From the IMG/VR virus record IMGVR_UViG_3300020576_002947, positions 160,001-224,000 of that record: a stretch of DNA of 64,000 nucleotides; one strand, written 5' to 3'. Source of the stretch: a virus (lineage: Duplodnaviria > Caudoviricetes). The translations under genes were made by a program, and so were the position numbers. The notes under the pieces were generated by a model. That model saw only the letters and a list, made by a program, of their open reading frames with translations, did not search any database and was not told where the DNA came from. Numbering within the stretch: position 1 is the stretch's first letter; each line of letters opens with the position of its first letter. Below, in pieces: positions 1-10,511 of this stretch.

Positions 1-318
1 GGCTGTCCTTCTACCAAAATAATCCTTGGCTCCCTCATTTATAATGAACTGATAAGACTCTCCTGTTTCTAAGCCACCTGATACTGTTAAAGTGGTGCAT
101 AGAGTTCTTTGATCATAAGAGTCAAAGACAGTAGTAAGACTATCTCCATTGCTGACTTTAATTAGACGGACAAGCTCATTTCTTCTTGTATCGTCGCTAA
201 ATTCAGACTGATCCATGTGGATAGACCAGTACAGATTTATATCAGGGTTCAGCCCTGAAATAATCTCATCCGCACTAGGACTAAAGTTAATCAGGTAAGG
301 GATCTTTGCTGCAGCCAT
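1..318 (-). CDS. Ig-like (Big_5-type) domain virion protein, runs off the window edge
   Basis: Not in the ORF track. Manual translation from ATG at 318: MAAAKIPYLINFSPSADEIISGLNPDINLYWSIHMDQSEF...LTVSGGLETGAVYQFIINEGAKDYFGR, which fits the Big_5-like SP...I.L.(F/W)S..MD...L..G..Y...I..G.KD..G pattern. Lies just downstream of the capsid gene. Confidence 0.6.
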   Translation of the reverse strand, partial: MAAAKIPYLINFSPSADEIISGLNPDINLYWSIHMDQSEFSDDTRRNELVRLIKVSNGDSLTTVFDSYDQRTLCTTLTVSGGLETGESYQFIINEGAKDYFGRRTA

Positions 319-351
319 AATTAATATACTCTAGAGCCGTGAAGTTACTAA

Positions 352-389
352 GAAAAAATAAAGGGAAGGTGAATAAACACCTTCCCTTT
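352..389 (-). terminator. Intrinsic terminator after the major capsid gene
   Basis: Perfect 11-bp stem AAGGGAAGGTG/CACCTTCCCTT (361-388), with a T-run on the minus strand. Confidence 0.85.
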
Positions 390-412
390 TGAGATTATCA
401 CACGTAATTAAC

Positions 413-1654
413 TTAGCTCAATGTACGAACGGTGAAGAGAGCCTGATGGTTCTCGGCCACACGAATGTTCAAAGCCTTGCTGATAGCGCGACCACCGTCC
501 TTAGTGGCTGTATCAAAGTACTTTCTGATCTTAAGAATGCTTGCATCCTTGAACCAATCCTCCATGCTGTCGATAGTGGTTGGACCCTTCTCAAGCAGCC
601 AAAGAGCATTAGCAGCGTCGATCATGTACACACTAGCCAGAGCAGCTGTAGGAGTGTATCCTGAGCCGGGGCCACCTGACAGAGCAGTAGGACCATCTGA
701 GATGTACATAGCGTAGTAGGGAACATGCATCAGATTGTAAGGCAGAGGTACGGCCTGTTCAAACTGAGGAGCAGAGTTCCAGAAGTTAGTGCCAAAGCTA
801 CCTTGATGGTAGAACTGTGCCTTCATGATCGGATCTTGAGTAAACACAGCCCAGGTCATGGGATGAGCAAGGACGTGGCTTGGCTGGTACTGGCGTGAAA
901 CCTGAATACTAACCATGCTCATAATGTCGCGGTGGTCAAGAGTATAGTTGGCATTGCCTGACACGTCCACACCTACCGTATGGTAAGTAGTATCGGTCGA
1001 GCTATTGTCAATAACTGTAACACCCTGGTCCAGCTTCTCCTTCAGCCTGCTTTCAACGAAGCGATTCATCGCATTGTTAGCAAGTCGAATATTAAGACCA
1101 ACCAAATCAAGGTTAGCTGACATTCTGGCTTCGTCACCGATAGCCATCTGCAGACCAGCCTTCTTGGCCTTCATATTTGCCGACTCAACGCTAGCGCTGA
1201 TCTTAGCTGTTGGATATTCTCCATTCAACTGAACCCAGTCAGCAGCCACAGCACCAATGTTGAACATTTCAACAGTCATGCTATTGTCGTTAGCAGGGAG
1301 AGAAACTCTCTGAGCTACCGCATTCTGGAGGAACAGACTAGGCTCCTTAGGCTCCCTAAGGATCTTAGTGACTGTCTCTTCCCAAAGAGGAAGTACGTCA
1401 ACACCCTGGAGGGCATCCTTTAGACTGCCAAGGAATCCGGGTACGTTCTCTAGACTTACGTTTAGTTGAGGAGTCTCTGTACCCTTCCTATCTGTCCCTG
1501 TCCACATAGCATGGAAGAGATCAAGAAGTCTCTCCTTAGTGTCCCAGGCCTCTTCAGGTGTTGCTGAGTTAGCAGCAGCAAACTTTTCGACAAGGGCGTA
1601 ACTCTCGGAGTTTGACTTATATTCTGTAAAGATTTTTCTTAGCTTATCGTTCAT
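413..1654 (-). CDS. Major capsid protein (probable HK97 fold)
   Basis: 413 aa; order portal-protease-decoration-capsid; K.GL...I.DE and SHVLAHP.TW segments typical of large-phage capsids; followed by a strong terminator. Confidence 0.85.
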   Translation of the reverse strand: MNDKLRKIFTEYKSNSESYALVEKFAAANSATPEEAWDTKERLLDLFHAMWTGTDRKGTETPQLNVSLENVPGFLGSLKDALQGVDVLPLWEETVTKILREPKEPSLFLQNAVAQRVSLPANDNSMTVEMFNIGAVAADWVQLNGEYPTAKISASVESANMKAKKAGLQMAIGDEARMSANLDLVGLNIRLANNAMNRFVESRLKEKLDQGVTVIDNSSTDTTYHTVGVDVSGNANYTLDHRDIMSMVSIQVSRQYQPSHVLAHPMTWAVFTQDPIMKAQFYHQGSFGTNFWNSAPQFEQAVPLPYNLMHVPYYAMYISDGPTALSGGPGSGYTPTAALASVYMIDAANALWLLEKGPTTIDSMEDWFKDASILKIRKYFDTATKDGGRAISKALNIRVAENHQALFTVRTLS

Positions 1655-1693
1655 CTTAGCTATTATCCTATTCCTTTTTATTATTCTCCAGTG

Positions 1694-3049
1694 TTAGCGT
1701 ACCCAAAGCTTGAGCTGGCCTACCACATTGGATAGATTCAAGAAGCTTGGAATACCTCTTGGGTTAGATGGAACAACTGTAGTACCGCTAACGGTGGCGC
1801 CAGCAGTCAGATTTGAACCATCAGTCAGTCCAGGAACACCAGGATCGAACTGAGCAAAAGCTGTGCGAGCATTAGTGATATAAGAGTAAGTTACTCGAAT
1901 AGCAGTCACTGTAATGTTTCCAGCAATTGTAATCAGACCGTTCGTTGGGTTCATGTCATGGAAATCGCCATTGAAGTCAGTAAGACCTGTTCTTCCTGTC
2001 GTTGGCAGAGTATACCAGTCACTTGAACTGTAGGTTGTAGAGTTTCCACTAATGTCAACCACAGTACCCTGAACTTCAACTGTCACAGGATGGTAAAGAG
2101 ATACAGGGTAGTATGCAACCCTATACTGCCGACCAGCAGTAACAGTGCTTGGAGTTTCAGCACTCACAGCAGTAACATTAAATCGAGAGCTCATCGGAGC
2201 ATAAAGACCACCATCAAGCTCATTCTTAACGAATGACATGAATGTGTCCTTGTCCTTGACTCTAGCAAGGTTCAGAACTTCGACTGCATCACCAGCAATC
2301 TGATCAGCACCCTGACCCCATTCGTACAGAACTGTCGTTACTGTAGAAGCAGGAAGAGCGGCTGTCCAAGAAGTAGAAGCCCAGGAGAGAGTCACAGAGC
2401 CAGTAACAGCAGCACCAGCGCCAGTGAACATTGCAACCACTCGAGGCTGAATACCAGGGTAAATAGCTTCTGTAAGGGCAAAAGTAGAGGCAGCGGCTGT
2501 AGCTACTGAGTAAAGCTTGCGGCCATTGAACTTAACAGGGATACCAACCTTCTTAGGATTAACTACTGAAGTGCTAGTAACAGTACCCCAGAATCCAGTA
2601 AGACGGTCGCCTGAATAAACTGTGCCATGAGCAGCGTTGTCAGCAACAATGTAAGGTACGTCAGCCCAAGCCTGCTTGGCAAAGGTAACCTGAGCACCAT
2701 CATTGGTGAAATAATTAGTCTTGGCGATGACCTTTGAAGGAGTCATACCAATAGGAAGAAGGTCGTTACCGTTGTGAAGAGTAAGAGCGGTCTGATCAGT
2801 GTTGGTAAGTGACCTTTGCCGAGAGCTGCCAGGATTAACTGCAACTCTGTTACCAACAGAGACAAACCTACCAGCGAGCATTGAAGCTCGGACTGTGGTA
2901 TCCCTCTCATCCTGATAGACAACAGGAAGGTAAGGGTCAGGCACCCATGTAAAGTTACCAGACCTGTGATCGCCCGAAATCGCTATGTCAGCATAAGACT
3001 GACCAGGATTTGGCGTTGATCCAAAAAAGTTATTGATATCGTAGCTCAT
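1694..3049 (-). CDS. Capsid decoration/cement protein
   Basis: 451 aa, Thr/Ser/Val-rich beta protein between protease and capsid genes; N-terminal PDPYLP and C-terminal PGLTDG motifs. Confidence 0.55.
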   Translation of the reverse strand: MSYDINNFFGSTPNPGQSYADIAISGDHRSGNFTWVPDPYLPVVYQDERDTTVRASMLAGRFVSVGNRVAVNPGSSRQRSLTNTDQTALTLHNGNDLLPIGMTPSKVIAKTNYFTNDGAQVTFAKQAWADVPYIVADNAAHGTVYSGDRLTGFWGTVTSTSVVNPKKVGIPVKFNGRKLYSVATAAASTFALTEAIYPGIQPRVVAMFTGAGAAVTGSVTLSWASTSWTAALPASTVTTVLYEWGQGADQIAGDAVEVLNLARVKDKDTFMSFVKNELDGGLYAPMSSRFNVTAVSAETPSTVTAGRQYRVAYYPVSLYHPVTVEVQGTVVDISGNSTTYSSSDWYTLPTTGRTGLTDFNGDFHDMNPTNGLITIAGNITVTAIRVTYSYITNARTAFAQFDPGVPGLTDGSNLTAGATVSGTTVVPSNPRGIPSFLNLSNVVGQLKLWVR

Positions 3050-3082
3050 TTGTTATTGCTGTCTCCGATGTAATGCTAGAGG

Positions 3083-4933
3083 TTAAATTAGCTGCCTCGG
3101 CTTTTCATAGCTTTTATCTCCCATAAATGAAGTAAAAGCACTACTTTGATTATTTGTAGAGGGCACTTCATGACCATTACTCTCAGGTGTTACCTTAGGA
3201 TTTTGATCATTATCAGTATTCTCTGGCTTTGGAACATCTTCTGCCTTTAGAAGAAGAGTTTCAAGACGATGATTAGGAAGAACTGAGTAAGCCTTCCCGT
3301 ATTCCTTAGCACTCTCGAAAGAGATACCAAGCTTTCTACATAAGCCAACAAGGGCTTGAAGATAATTGTGATCCTTCTGAGTATCCTTGTATTGATTAAG
3401 GAGTGCATCAGGATCAGCAGGATTCTTGTCTGACTCTTCAATCTTAGCAAGAAGCTCAGAAGAAGTTAATTCAGTAGCGTCAATAGTTTCAATACTGTCG
3501 CCTAGAATATCAGACCTTATCCATCCAGAGACCATAGTAAGATCTCTACTTACGATACCTTCCTTGCTAACCACCCAACCATGCTGGATAGTCTCCTTAG
3601 TTAGCTCGCCAACTAGAAGATCAAGATCTGAATCGGAAACACTCTTTAGAGCCTCACCGATGGTCACAGGAGCAGGAGTAGAGTCCTCAGCAGGGATTAC
3701 TGGTTCAGTAGGAACTACTGGCTCAGCAGGTACTTCTGGTGTAGACGAATCAGTTGAATCGTCTGAAGGAGTCGGAGCATAAATTGTCTTTAGCTCATCA
3801 AGATTAGCCTCAATAAGCTGCTCCAAGGTGTCAGTCGGCTGGCTTTCTAGACAATCCAAGAACCCTCTAAAGCTCTTGTTCAGTGTCTCAAGTTCAACCT
3901 CACTCTCAGGGAGTGTTAGATTTAGTTTCTCAAATAGTACTTTGATTTCCATAGTTTTATTTTCCAAAGACTCCATTATTAGTGAGGCTTCTTGTGCAAT
4001 ATTTTCGTAATCGAAAGGTATATTATAAAGCGGTGCAGAACTGCAAGAATCTTTAAATGATAAATCTGGAGCAAAAGCGGTCATTGAATCTACGTCATCT
4101 GAAGTAAATTCTACAGCACCTGTCTCAGCATCAAGCATCTCATAAGACTCTCTGCCAATCATCTTTTGGGCAAGAAGTAGTTTTACAGCACTTTCACCAA
4201 TATCTTTTACCTGAATGCCTGCAAGTTCATCAGCAGGGGTTGGTGTAAAGGAGGTCTCAATTCCTGTCCATGAAGGTATGATCCAGTAACAAAGTTGTTT
4301 CTTACCATCAACAGTAACTTCATCACCCTTCCAATGCTTAATTGGCTTGCCTTCCTTCCAGAGCTTCAGTACATCTTGTCTTGTAATACTGTCAATGATC
4401 TGATGGGCTTCAACACCAATGCTTACATTAAGCATCTCTGCAGTCAGAATTTTTCTAATAGCTTCTGGGTTTGAGATCTGGCCGATCTCATCTAAAGTAT
4501 ATGTACCTTCCCATGATCCAGGTATTCCAGCCCCTCTTCGAGGAGTTTCTGACCCAGACTTTACTTTCTTACACTTAGCTACTATAATACGGCCCTGTAC
4601 TGAGTCTGTACTATAATAGTGATCAACAAAGAGAGGCTTACCGTGAGGTGTAACCATCGACCTATAGCCTGTAGGCTCAGTAGGGTGGTTATCGCCCTTA
4701 ATAGCTTTCTCTGTGTAAAGTGTAAAGTTCTTTGTAAGTCGATCAGCATGTGATGCTACAATATAAGGATAGATCGTTAGGATACTAGAAGCAGCCGCGG
4801 TACCATCCAAAAGAGTTTTAGCCGAGCTATCTAATAGCTCAGCTTTCTCGACCTTAGGCCTATTTTCAACTATTGAAGTACAAGACTCATATAGTTTGTT
4901 ATTTATTTTTCGGTAATCATTCATTGTATTCAA
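3083..4933 (-). CDS. Prohead protease fused to scaffold-like acidic region
   Basis: P(L)FVDH...GRI, VSIG and ETSFTPTPAD motifs of the capsid-maturation protease, followed by an acidic/Pro-rich tail. Confidence 0.75.
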   Translation of the reverse strand: MNTMNDYRKINNKLYESCTSIVENRPKVEKAELLDSSAKTLLDGTAAASSILTIYPYIVASHADRLTKNFTLYTEKAIKGDNHPTEPTGYRSMVTPHGKPLFVDHYYSTDSVQGRIIVAKCKKVKSGSETPRRGAGIPGSWEGTYTLDEIGQISNPEAIRKILTAEMLNVSIGVEAHQIIDSITRQDVLKLWKEGKPIKHWKGDEVTVDGKKQLCYWIIPSWTGIETSFTPTPADELAGIQVKDIGESAVKLLLAQKMIGRESYEMLDAETGAVEFTSDDVDSMTAFAPDLSFKDSCSSAPLYNIPFDYENIAQEASLIMESLENKTMEIKVLFEKLNLTLPESEVELETLNKSFRGFLDCLESQPTDTLEQLIEANLDELKTIYAPTPSDDSTDSSTPEVPAEPVVPTEPVIPAEDSTPAPVTIGEALKSVSDSDLDLLVGELTKETIQHGWVVSKEGIVSRDLTMVSGWIRSDILGDSIETIDATELTSSELLAKIEESDKNPADPDALLNQYKDTQKDHNYLQALVGLCRKLGISFESAKEYGKAYSVLPNHRLETLLLKAEDVPKPENTDNDQNPKVTPESNGHEVPSTNNQSSAFTSFMGDKSYEKPRQLI

Positions 4934-6539
4934 GGACCGAACCTAGTAAAGATGCTATGGCCTCAATATCTGGAAAGAGATCATAAGCTCCATCCTTTAA
5001 GGCAAAATATTGACTATCAGATAGATTATAGAGGTTACTGAGGTTGCTTAAGTAGGCATCTAGCTCAGCGAAAGTGGTTGGAACGCTAAATTCTTTGGCT
5101 TTTGCTGCCTTAGCCGCTTTTGTTTCAGAACCGTTATTACTCTTTTCATCTTGACCTGCTCCTCTACTGTCAGCCTTCACTTTAAGCAATGGGATCTGAA
5201 TCACATTTAGATGAGTAAGAGCCTTGTTGGGCATTCCAGGTAGGTCTGCGTTCTTCCTAGCTTCGCTAAGATCAACCAAGCCTTTAGCATAAAGATCGGC
5301 CCAGTGGTTCCTACTCTTGATCTTTTCATCCTCATCAACCTCAATTAGCCTGATAAATACACGATCATTCTCATTAGTGTAAGGATCGAAACCCTCTTCA
5401 TATAGGATCTGGTTAATAACCCAGAAAGAGAGAAGGTTTTCAAAGTTCTTAATTACCTGCTTCTTCTTTGGAAGGGTTAGTTCTTTGGCTGCTTGAGCAG
5501 CGCCTAAAGTACCTGTCTCCATACCCATAAGGAACGGGGTTACTCCAATACCAGAAAGAACTCTATTAGTAAAGATTTTTAAAATCTCTCCCATACGCAT
5601 AGCGTGAGATTCTGACCCAAAGTAATCAAACTCGTGATTAGGACCAGTAACTACAACACCACCAACAGGACCATTTCTATGCATTTGGTCTGCCTTCTCG
5701 ATTTCAGCAGCCAGACCTCCACCACCTTGACCTGTACCTAAACCACGTAAAACTTTGTGATGAATCAGCGGGTCCATGTGGTTCTTTGACATTACAAAGG
5801 TAGCTGCTTCAAGAGCTCTCAAGGTCTTAGTAGCTTCAAGAGACGCAAAGTTCAGTCCAAAGCCCCAGCGATTCTCAGCCTGCTCTTTATAAGCGAAATG
5901 GAAAAGATCCATTCCTTCCATATACTGATGTTCTTTAATCTTGGAAGGCTCAAACTTACTAATTAAACAATCTCCTGTCAGGAGTTGCTTTGCTTTGTTG
6001 GAAATCAAATTAGTAGGCTTCTTATCTCTTCGACTCCATACATCAACGCCATCAACAGTCTCTGGCTGGAGACTGCGAGCAGAAATCACTTCAAACCCAG
6101 AAATAGCATAAGGACGATCTTCATAGACACATCTATTTGCAGGGATTGACTGGTTGCCTCTCTTGATAGCCAAGAAACCATTGCCCAGCTTCCATGTTTC
6201 ATGGAATAAAGACTCGATGATTGTAGTGTAATGCTTTCCATTAGCAAGAGAAATTCTGTTTAGTCTTTTCTTTACTGTTTCAATTGCTTTTGCATTTTCA
6301 CCATCAAATCTAAAGCCTTTATAGCATTCAGAGTACATATTAATGGCTTGAGCAATAAGACCATCGCTTCGATAGGCCTTTTCACTATCCTCCATACGTC
6401 TTTCTGTATGCTTCTCAGATGAGTCTGAAAAGTATTGATAGTCTTCATTCCTACTTTTATGAACAAAGACTCTGGAGTCAAGTTGCTCATCAAGCCCTCG
6501 ACGATCATAATTATTTGCTCTTACGACTCTATCCAACAT
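4917..6539 (-). CDS. Portal protein
   Basis: 540 aa upstream of the protease; GNGFL, FHF...WGFG, GVTPFLMG and terminal LVDLSEARK segments are portal-like. Confidence 0.8.
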   Translation of the reverse strand: MLDRVVRANNYDRRGLDEQLDSRVFVHKSRNEDYQYFSDSSEKHTERRMEDSEKAYRSDGLIAQAINMYSECYKGFRFDGENAKAIETVKKRLNRISLANGKHYTTIIESLFHETWKLGNGFLAIKRGNQSIPANRCVYEDRPYAISGFEVISARSLQPETVDGVDVWSRRDKKPTNLISNKAKQLLTGDCLISKFEPSKIKEHQYMEGMDLFHFAYKEQAENRWGFGLNFASLEATKTLRALEAATFVMSKNHMDPLIHHKVLRGLGTGQGGGGLAAEIEKADQMHRNGPVGGVVVTGPNHEFDYFGSESHAMRMGEILKIFTNRVLSGIGVTPFLMGMETGTLGAAQAAKELTLPKKKQVIKNFENLLSFWVINQILYEEGFDPYTNENDRVFIRLIEVDEDEKIKSRNHWADLYAKGLVDLSEARKNADLPGMPNKALTHLNVIQIPLLKVKADSRGAGQDEKSNNGSETKAAKAAKAKEFSVPTTFAELDAYLSNLSNLYNLSDSQYFALKDGAYDLFPDIEAIASLLGSVLEYNE

Positions 6540-7005
6540 TTAAAATTTCCTCAATTTCAGCAACAAAGGCATTGTAAACTAGAGGTTTGTACCAGTCATA
6601 GAACAAAACTTTTGTAGAGCTATTATTTTTTATTATTAGTTCAAAATCCTTTAGCAGTAGTTTTCTTTTTTCCTGAGCTTCAATCCACTGACTTTCTGTA
6701 ATACCTAAGCACAATGCTTCATCTAAGTAGGCAGACTCAGGGCCTCCTAGAATAAGATAAAAGTCGTAGTTAAAGAAATAACAGTCTACTTTTAACAAAC
6801 CATTAAAAGCACAATTCCACTTACCATCTAATGCAACATAGCTATTTTTAAATATAGGGTGCTCAGTAAGAAGTTTGGAAAGGAGGCTATCAAAAACCTC
6901 TTTTCTTTCCAGTTCTAAGCGGTCTCTGTTTGTCAATGCTTTTAGACATCGACCTAAAACAGAAGCTATCCATTTTTTTAGATTAGAAACTATTTTCGAG
7001 TACAT
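6529..7005 (-). CDS. Hypothetical protein, possibly degenerate Vsr/PD-(D/E)xK-like
   Basis: 158-aa ORF overlapping both neighbours; LKVDCYF segment. Confidence 0.45.
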   Translation of the reverse strand: MYSKIVSNLKKWIASVLGRCLKALTNRDRLELERKEVFDSLLSKLLTEHPIFKNSYVALDGKWNCAFNGLLKVDCYFFNYDFYLILGGPESAYLDEALCLGITESQWIEAQEKRKLLLKDFELIIKNNSSTKVLFYDWYKPLVYNAFVAEIEEILNVG

Positions 7006-8107
7006 TAATTATCCTTTGTAAAGTCCTGGCTTTGACGCTACCTAAACGAGCTTCTTGCTCTGATTCAAGCTTTGCTTCTTTTGCAGCTAAGTTTTTCCTG
7101 ATCTGTAAACCTAAATCTGCTGCTGCGTCACTTATTAGTTGTCTAACAAATGGCAGAGTTCTAGATTCAGATCCAGCTATATGAGAAGCAAGACCGTCTA
7201 GAAAGTCGTCTACCTCATCTCCAATACTAGAAGCCATTTTAACTAGCTGAAGAGTCATTACTTCTTCTAAATAGCCTTGAAGAGTATTACCATAAGAGAC
7301 TGTAAAAACTTGTTTAGTTGGGGTCCAAACATCTGTCTCATTCTTTAAGTAGTTTTGGAGTAGATATTGAAGAGAGTGTGGAGATCCTTCTACAGCGACT
7401 GGTATGTAGTAAGATATAAAGTCCTTTAACTCCTCAGCAATAGGGTTCTCATATTCTTTCCTAAGCCCTACTGACCATTCTAAGATATTAGTTAGCTCAG
7501 TTTTAGCCTTGCCAAGTAAGTAAGAAAGCATTCTATTATTCTGAACCTCTTTACCTGGAATCACTTTGCCTGCTTTATCACGTTCAGATACAAGTACTAC
7601 TTTACCTGCCTTATCTTTAACTACTATAGGCTCTTTTGGCTTTAGAATATCATCTATAGCTTTATTAAATAAAACATCTAAAACTTCTGCTCTTTGTAGA
7701 TGCAAAAACACAGTCTGAAGAAACGACTCTGAGTGCCTATCAGACTTAGCTACCTCTTTCTCTATATTATCGATCTCAACTGCACTAGCTGTAAAGGATG
7801 GATAAGATACTGAGTCGTCTAAAATTAGCTCAATAGGAACGTAGTTTTGTTCTACAAGCTCAGCGTATCTAGGAAAATAAGGACTCTCAGCGCCAGCTTT
7901 GATATACTTAATAGTATCGTTTAAATCTGCTCTAACTCGTGCTGCTAACTCTTTAACATCATCTAGCTCAGCAGGAATTTTGGTATACTGAGTGTCATCC
8001 TCAACAGCAAGTTTGTCGATATTGAGGGTACTTGGTTCTACACCAGTAGACCCTGCTTCAACTTTCTTCTTTACATCAAATACCTTAAATAGGTCCGAAA
8101 TCCTCAC
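6983..8107 (-). CDS. Hypothetical helical head-module protein
   Basis: 374-aa ORF between terminase and portal, overlapping both neighbours. Confidence 0.6.
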   Translation of the reverse strand: MRISDLFKVFDVKKKVEAGSTGVEPSTLNIDKLAVEDDTQYTKIPAELDDVKELAARVRADLNDTIKYIKAGAESPYFPRYAELVEQNYVPIELILDDSVSYPSFTASAVEIDNIEKEVAKSDRHSESFLQTVFLHLQRAEVLDVLFNKAIDDILKPKEPIVVKDKAGKVVLVSERDKAGKVIPGKEVQNNRMLSYLLGKAKTELTNILEWSVGLRKEYENPIAEELKDFISYYIPVAVEGSPHSLQYLLQNYLKNETDVWTPTKQVFTVSYGNTLQGYLEEVMTLQLVKMASSIGDEVDDFLDGLASHIAGSESRTLPFVRQLISDAAADLGLQIRKNLAAKEAKLESEQEARLGSVKARTLQRIINVLENSF

Positions 8108-10508
8108 TGGGCCTCCATGCTGTATGCTTTATTATATCGTAAGTTACTAGCTCTGAGTCTAGCCATAGAAAATCTTCGTTATAGCCAGGGACATGTTTCT
8201 TTAATAGGGGTATAGGTTCAGGTAAAAAGTTATTTGTACCAACTAGTACTTTCTCCTTAATATCTTCACCATGTAAGAATATAATGTACTCAATAAACAT
8301 TAAACAGTCGATATAATGCTCGTCTTTATCAGTAAATACTTGTCTACCACTAGGATTTGTTTTTGATTGATATTTTATAAGCTGTCTCTTAAGATCAAGG
8401 TACTTAAAGTCGTCAGAATCATCAGCACCGCTAGCAATTAGCTTATCTTCTTCAACACGCTTACGTAATCTTTTAACCAGATACTCTTTAGCATGTCGTT
8501 TTTCTGACATAGTGTCTGAGTTTACATTTCGTGCAATTCTAGATTGTGAAGGTTCGTTAGAGTCTACCCAAAGGACACTCTGAAGGGCTAAGAGATAAAG
8601 CATTCCGTCTACATCGAATCCTCTTCTTTCTAGCTCGTACTTAAGCTCATCATATCGATCAAAACCACCTCCACCATGGTCCATACAAACATAATCAACT
8701 GAGTACTCCCAGTGTAGCTCTAGAAGTCTATTTACAGTATCATGTAGTAGTCTATCTGTAACAGCTAAGGTTTCTTGGTGAACTACAGTTAACTTGTCAG
8801 TTAATGGCTCGTACTGTCCAATTATAACTGAAGGACCACTTTGTACTCTATCCCAGTCACAACCCATTATTCTTACATGCGCCCGATCTACTAGATGGTT
8901 ACCATAAGTATATTCTTCTTTAAAGATTTTGTCTACTATGGTTTGAGGGAAAACTGTGTTCTCGCCACCCATAGGCTTTAGTAAGAATTCAGTTTCCCAT
9001 TCTATATCATTCTTACATTCAGCTCTGAGAGCTTTAAGATCATCTTCTGTAAGGTCGATCCCTAGTCGATCAGTTACAGGAATTTTGGTAATTGTAGATT
9101 TATCAGGTGGGTTAATAAAGATGTCGTTATAAAAACGGCCTGATGGGTTCTTAATAGTCCCGATAATATAGTTGATGTTGGTGTCAAAACGACGATGCTC
9201 TCCCTGCATATCACCAATCATAAAGGGCCAGATAGCTTGCCAAGCAGCATCAGAAATATCCTGCGCTTCATCAACAATAGTCATATCAGGGGACTTACCT
9301 CTGACTTTATCTGGTCTTACCAAGGCCATACCTGTAATAGTAGAACCAGTAATAAACTTCCTAGACGGCTGACCCGTATTGGTATTACCAACCTTATGTT
9401 TCATTAATTGAATCAAAGGACTGGCTTCTGTCATCATATCTATATAGTCAAATACTTCTTTTACCTGTTGTACTGATGCTGCAAAGTAGATTATTCTAAG
9501 ATCTTTCATTGTACATAGGAAGTATAGAATATTAGCAGCAATGCCGTAAGTCTTCCCACCTCTTCTATGAGCACAGTTATGTACAACAAGGTCTGAGGCC
9601 ATAAAATTATGGTCCTCATGGTCTACTGATATATCGTAAACATTACGAAGACCAATACTTCTTACATTAATGAGCTTATCCCAACATCTGGAAGGCTTGG
9701 TCTCTGTTTGATTAACTTCTAGTCCTATAAGATTTAAGAATTCATTGATGTCATGCTTTTCACACAGGAAGATGATATTGTCGTCATTAATTCTACTATG
9801 GATACCAAATCTTTGGAGCAAGTGCTGATGATCTTCAGCCATCTCTCTGGTTCTATTAAAGAGAGCAACTAATTCTTGATCTTTTTCTAAAATTCTACCT
9901 TGATTAGCAAAGTAATACGTAAAGTAATATCTTAAACACTCTTTAGTTAAAGAAAAGATCTTGGTGTTTACTGAGGCATGTAGTTGAGAGAGATCAGAAA
10001 GAAACTCAATTCCGTCTTTAGTCTCTTCAGATGTACCAAAGATATCAGTTTTGTCTGGAGTTAGTATACAGTCTCCAATCTTAAAGTCTTTTACCTTAAT
10101 CCAGCCTGACGATTTAGTATAGATTTCATGGTCTGGTGTAAGCCTAAGTACTTTACCTGATTCAAAGACTAGTTTATAGCACTCTTTCTTTTGAGGATTT
10201 TTAATCCACTTAGCGTCACTCCAAACTACTTTATTTAAAGTGAGGTCATATAAGACTGTTTCTTTTATCCAGTCTAAGGAGTCTATCCTAACAGGACGAA
10301 GTGTCTCTGGGTCGATAACCCTAGTAGTCTCATCAACACATACGTAGTTGTACTTATTAATACCAGCTAGTAGTTGTTTTTGAAGGTAATTTAACTTTAA
10401 AGGAGCTTTTGTAGTAGGATCTACTAAAACAGACTCAATCCACGGAATAGGGCCTTGAGCAGCAAGAGAAGATAAATATTTCCTATCCTCTTCAGAGATC
10501 TGAATCAT
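8085..10508 (-). CDS. terL: Terminase large subunit containing an intein
   Basis: Q motif (LNYLQKQ), Walker A AHRRGGKT, Walker B MTIVDEAQ, RNase H-like IMGCDW, CMD and C-terminal EHYID. Confidence 0.92.
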   Translation of the reverse strand: MIQISEEDRKYLSSLAAQGPIPWIESVLVDPTTKAPLKLNYLQKQLLAGINKYNYVCVDETTRVIDPETLRPVRIDSLDWIKETVLYDLTLNKVVWSDAKWIKNPQKKECYKLVFESGKVLRLTPDHEIYTKSSGWIKVKDFKIGDCILTPDKTDIFGTSEETKDGIEFLSDLSQLHASVNTKIFSLTKECLRYYFTYYFANQGRILEKDQELVALFNRTREMAEDHQHLLQRFGIHSRINDDNIIFLCEKHDINEFLNLIGLEVNQTETKPSRCWDKLINVRSIGLRNVYDISVDHEDHNFMASDLVVHNCAHRRGGKTYGIAANILYFLCTMKDLRIIYFAASVQQVKEVFDYIDMMTEASPLIQLMKHKVGNTNTGQPSRKFITGSTITGMALVRPDKVRGKSPDMTIVDEAQDISDAAWQAIWPFMIGDMQGEHRRFDTNINYIIGTIKNPSGRFYNDIFINPPDKSTITKIPVTDRLGIDLTEDDLKALRAECKNDIEWETEFLLKPMGGENTVFPQTIVDKIFKEEYTYGNHLVDRAHVRIMGCDWDRVQSGPSVIIGQYEPLTDKLTVVHQETLAVTDRLLHDTVNRLLELHWEYSVDYVCMDHGGGGFDRYDELKYELERRGFDVDGMLYLLALQSVLWVDSNEPSQSRIARNVNSDTMSEKRHAKEYLVKRLRKRVEEDKLIASGADDSDDFKYLDLKRQLIKYQSKTNPSGRQVFTDKDEHYIDCLMFIEYIIFLHGEDIKEKVLVGTNNFLPEPIPLLKKHVPGYNEDFLWLDSELVTYDIIKHTAWRPSEDFGPI
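9576..10340 (-). mobile_element. Intein (255 aa) in TerL with a degenerate LAGLIDADG remnant
   Basis: Starts CVDETTRV; block B LRLTPDHEIY; ends VYDISV...NFMASDLVVHN followed by Cys(+1); inserted just before Walker A. Confidence 0.93.
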
Positions 10509-10511
10509 AAA

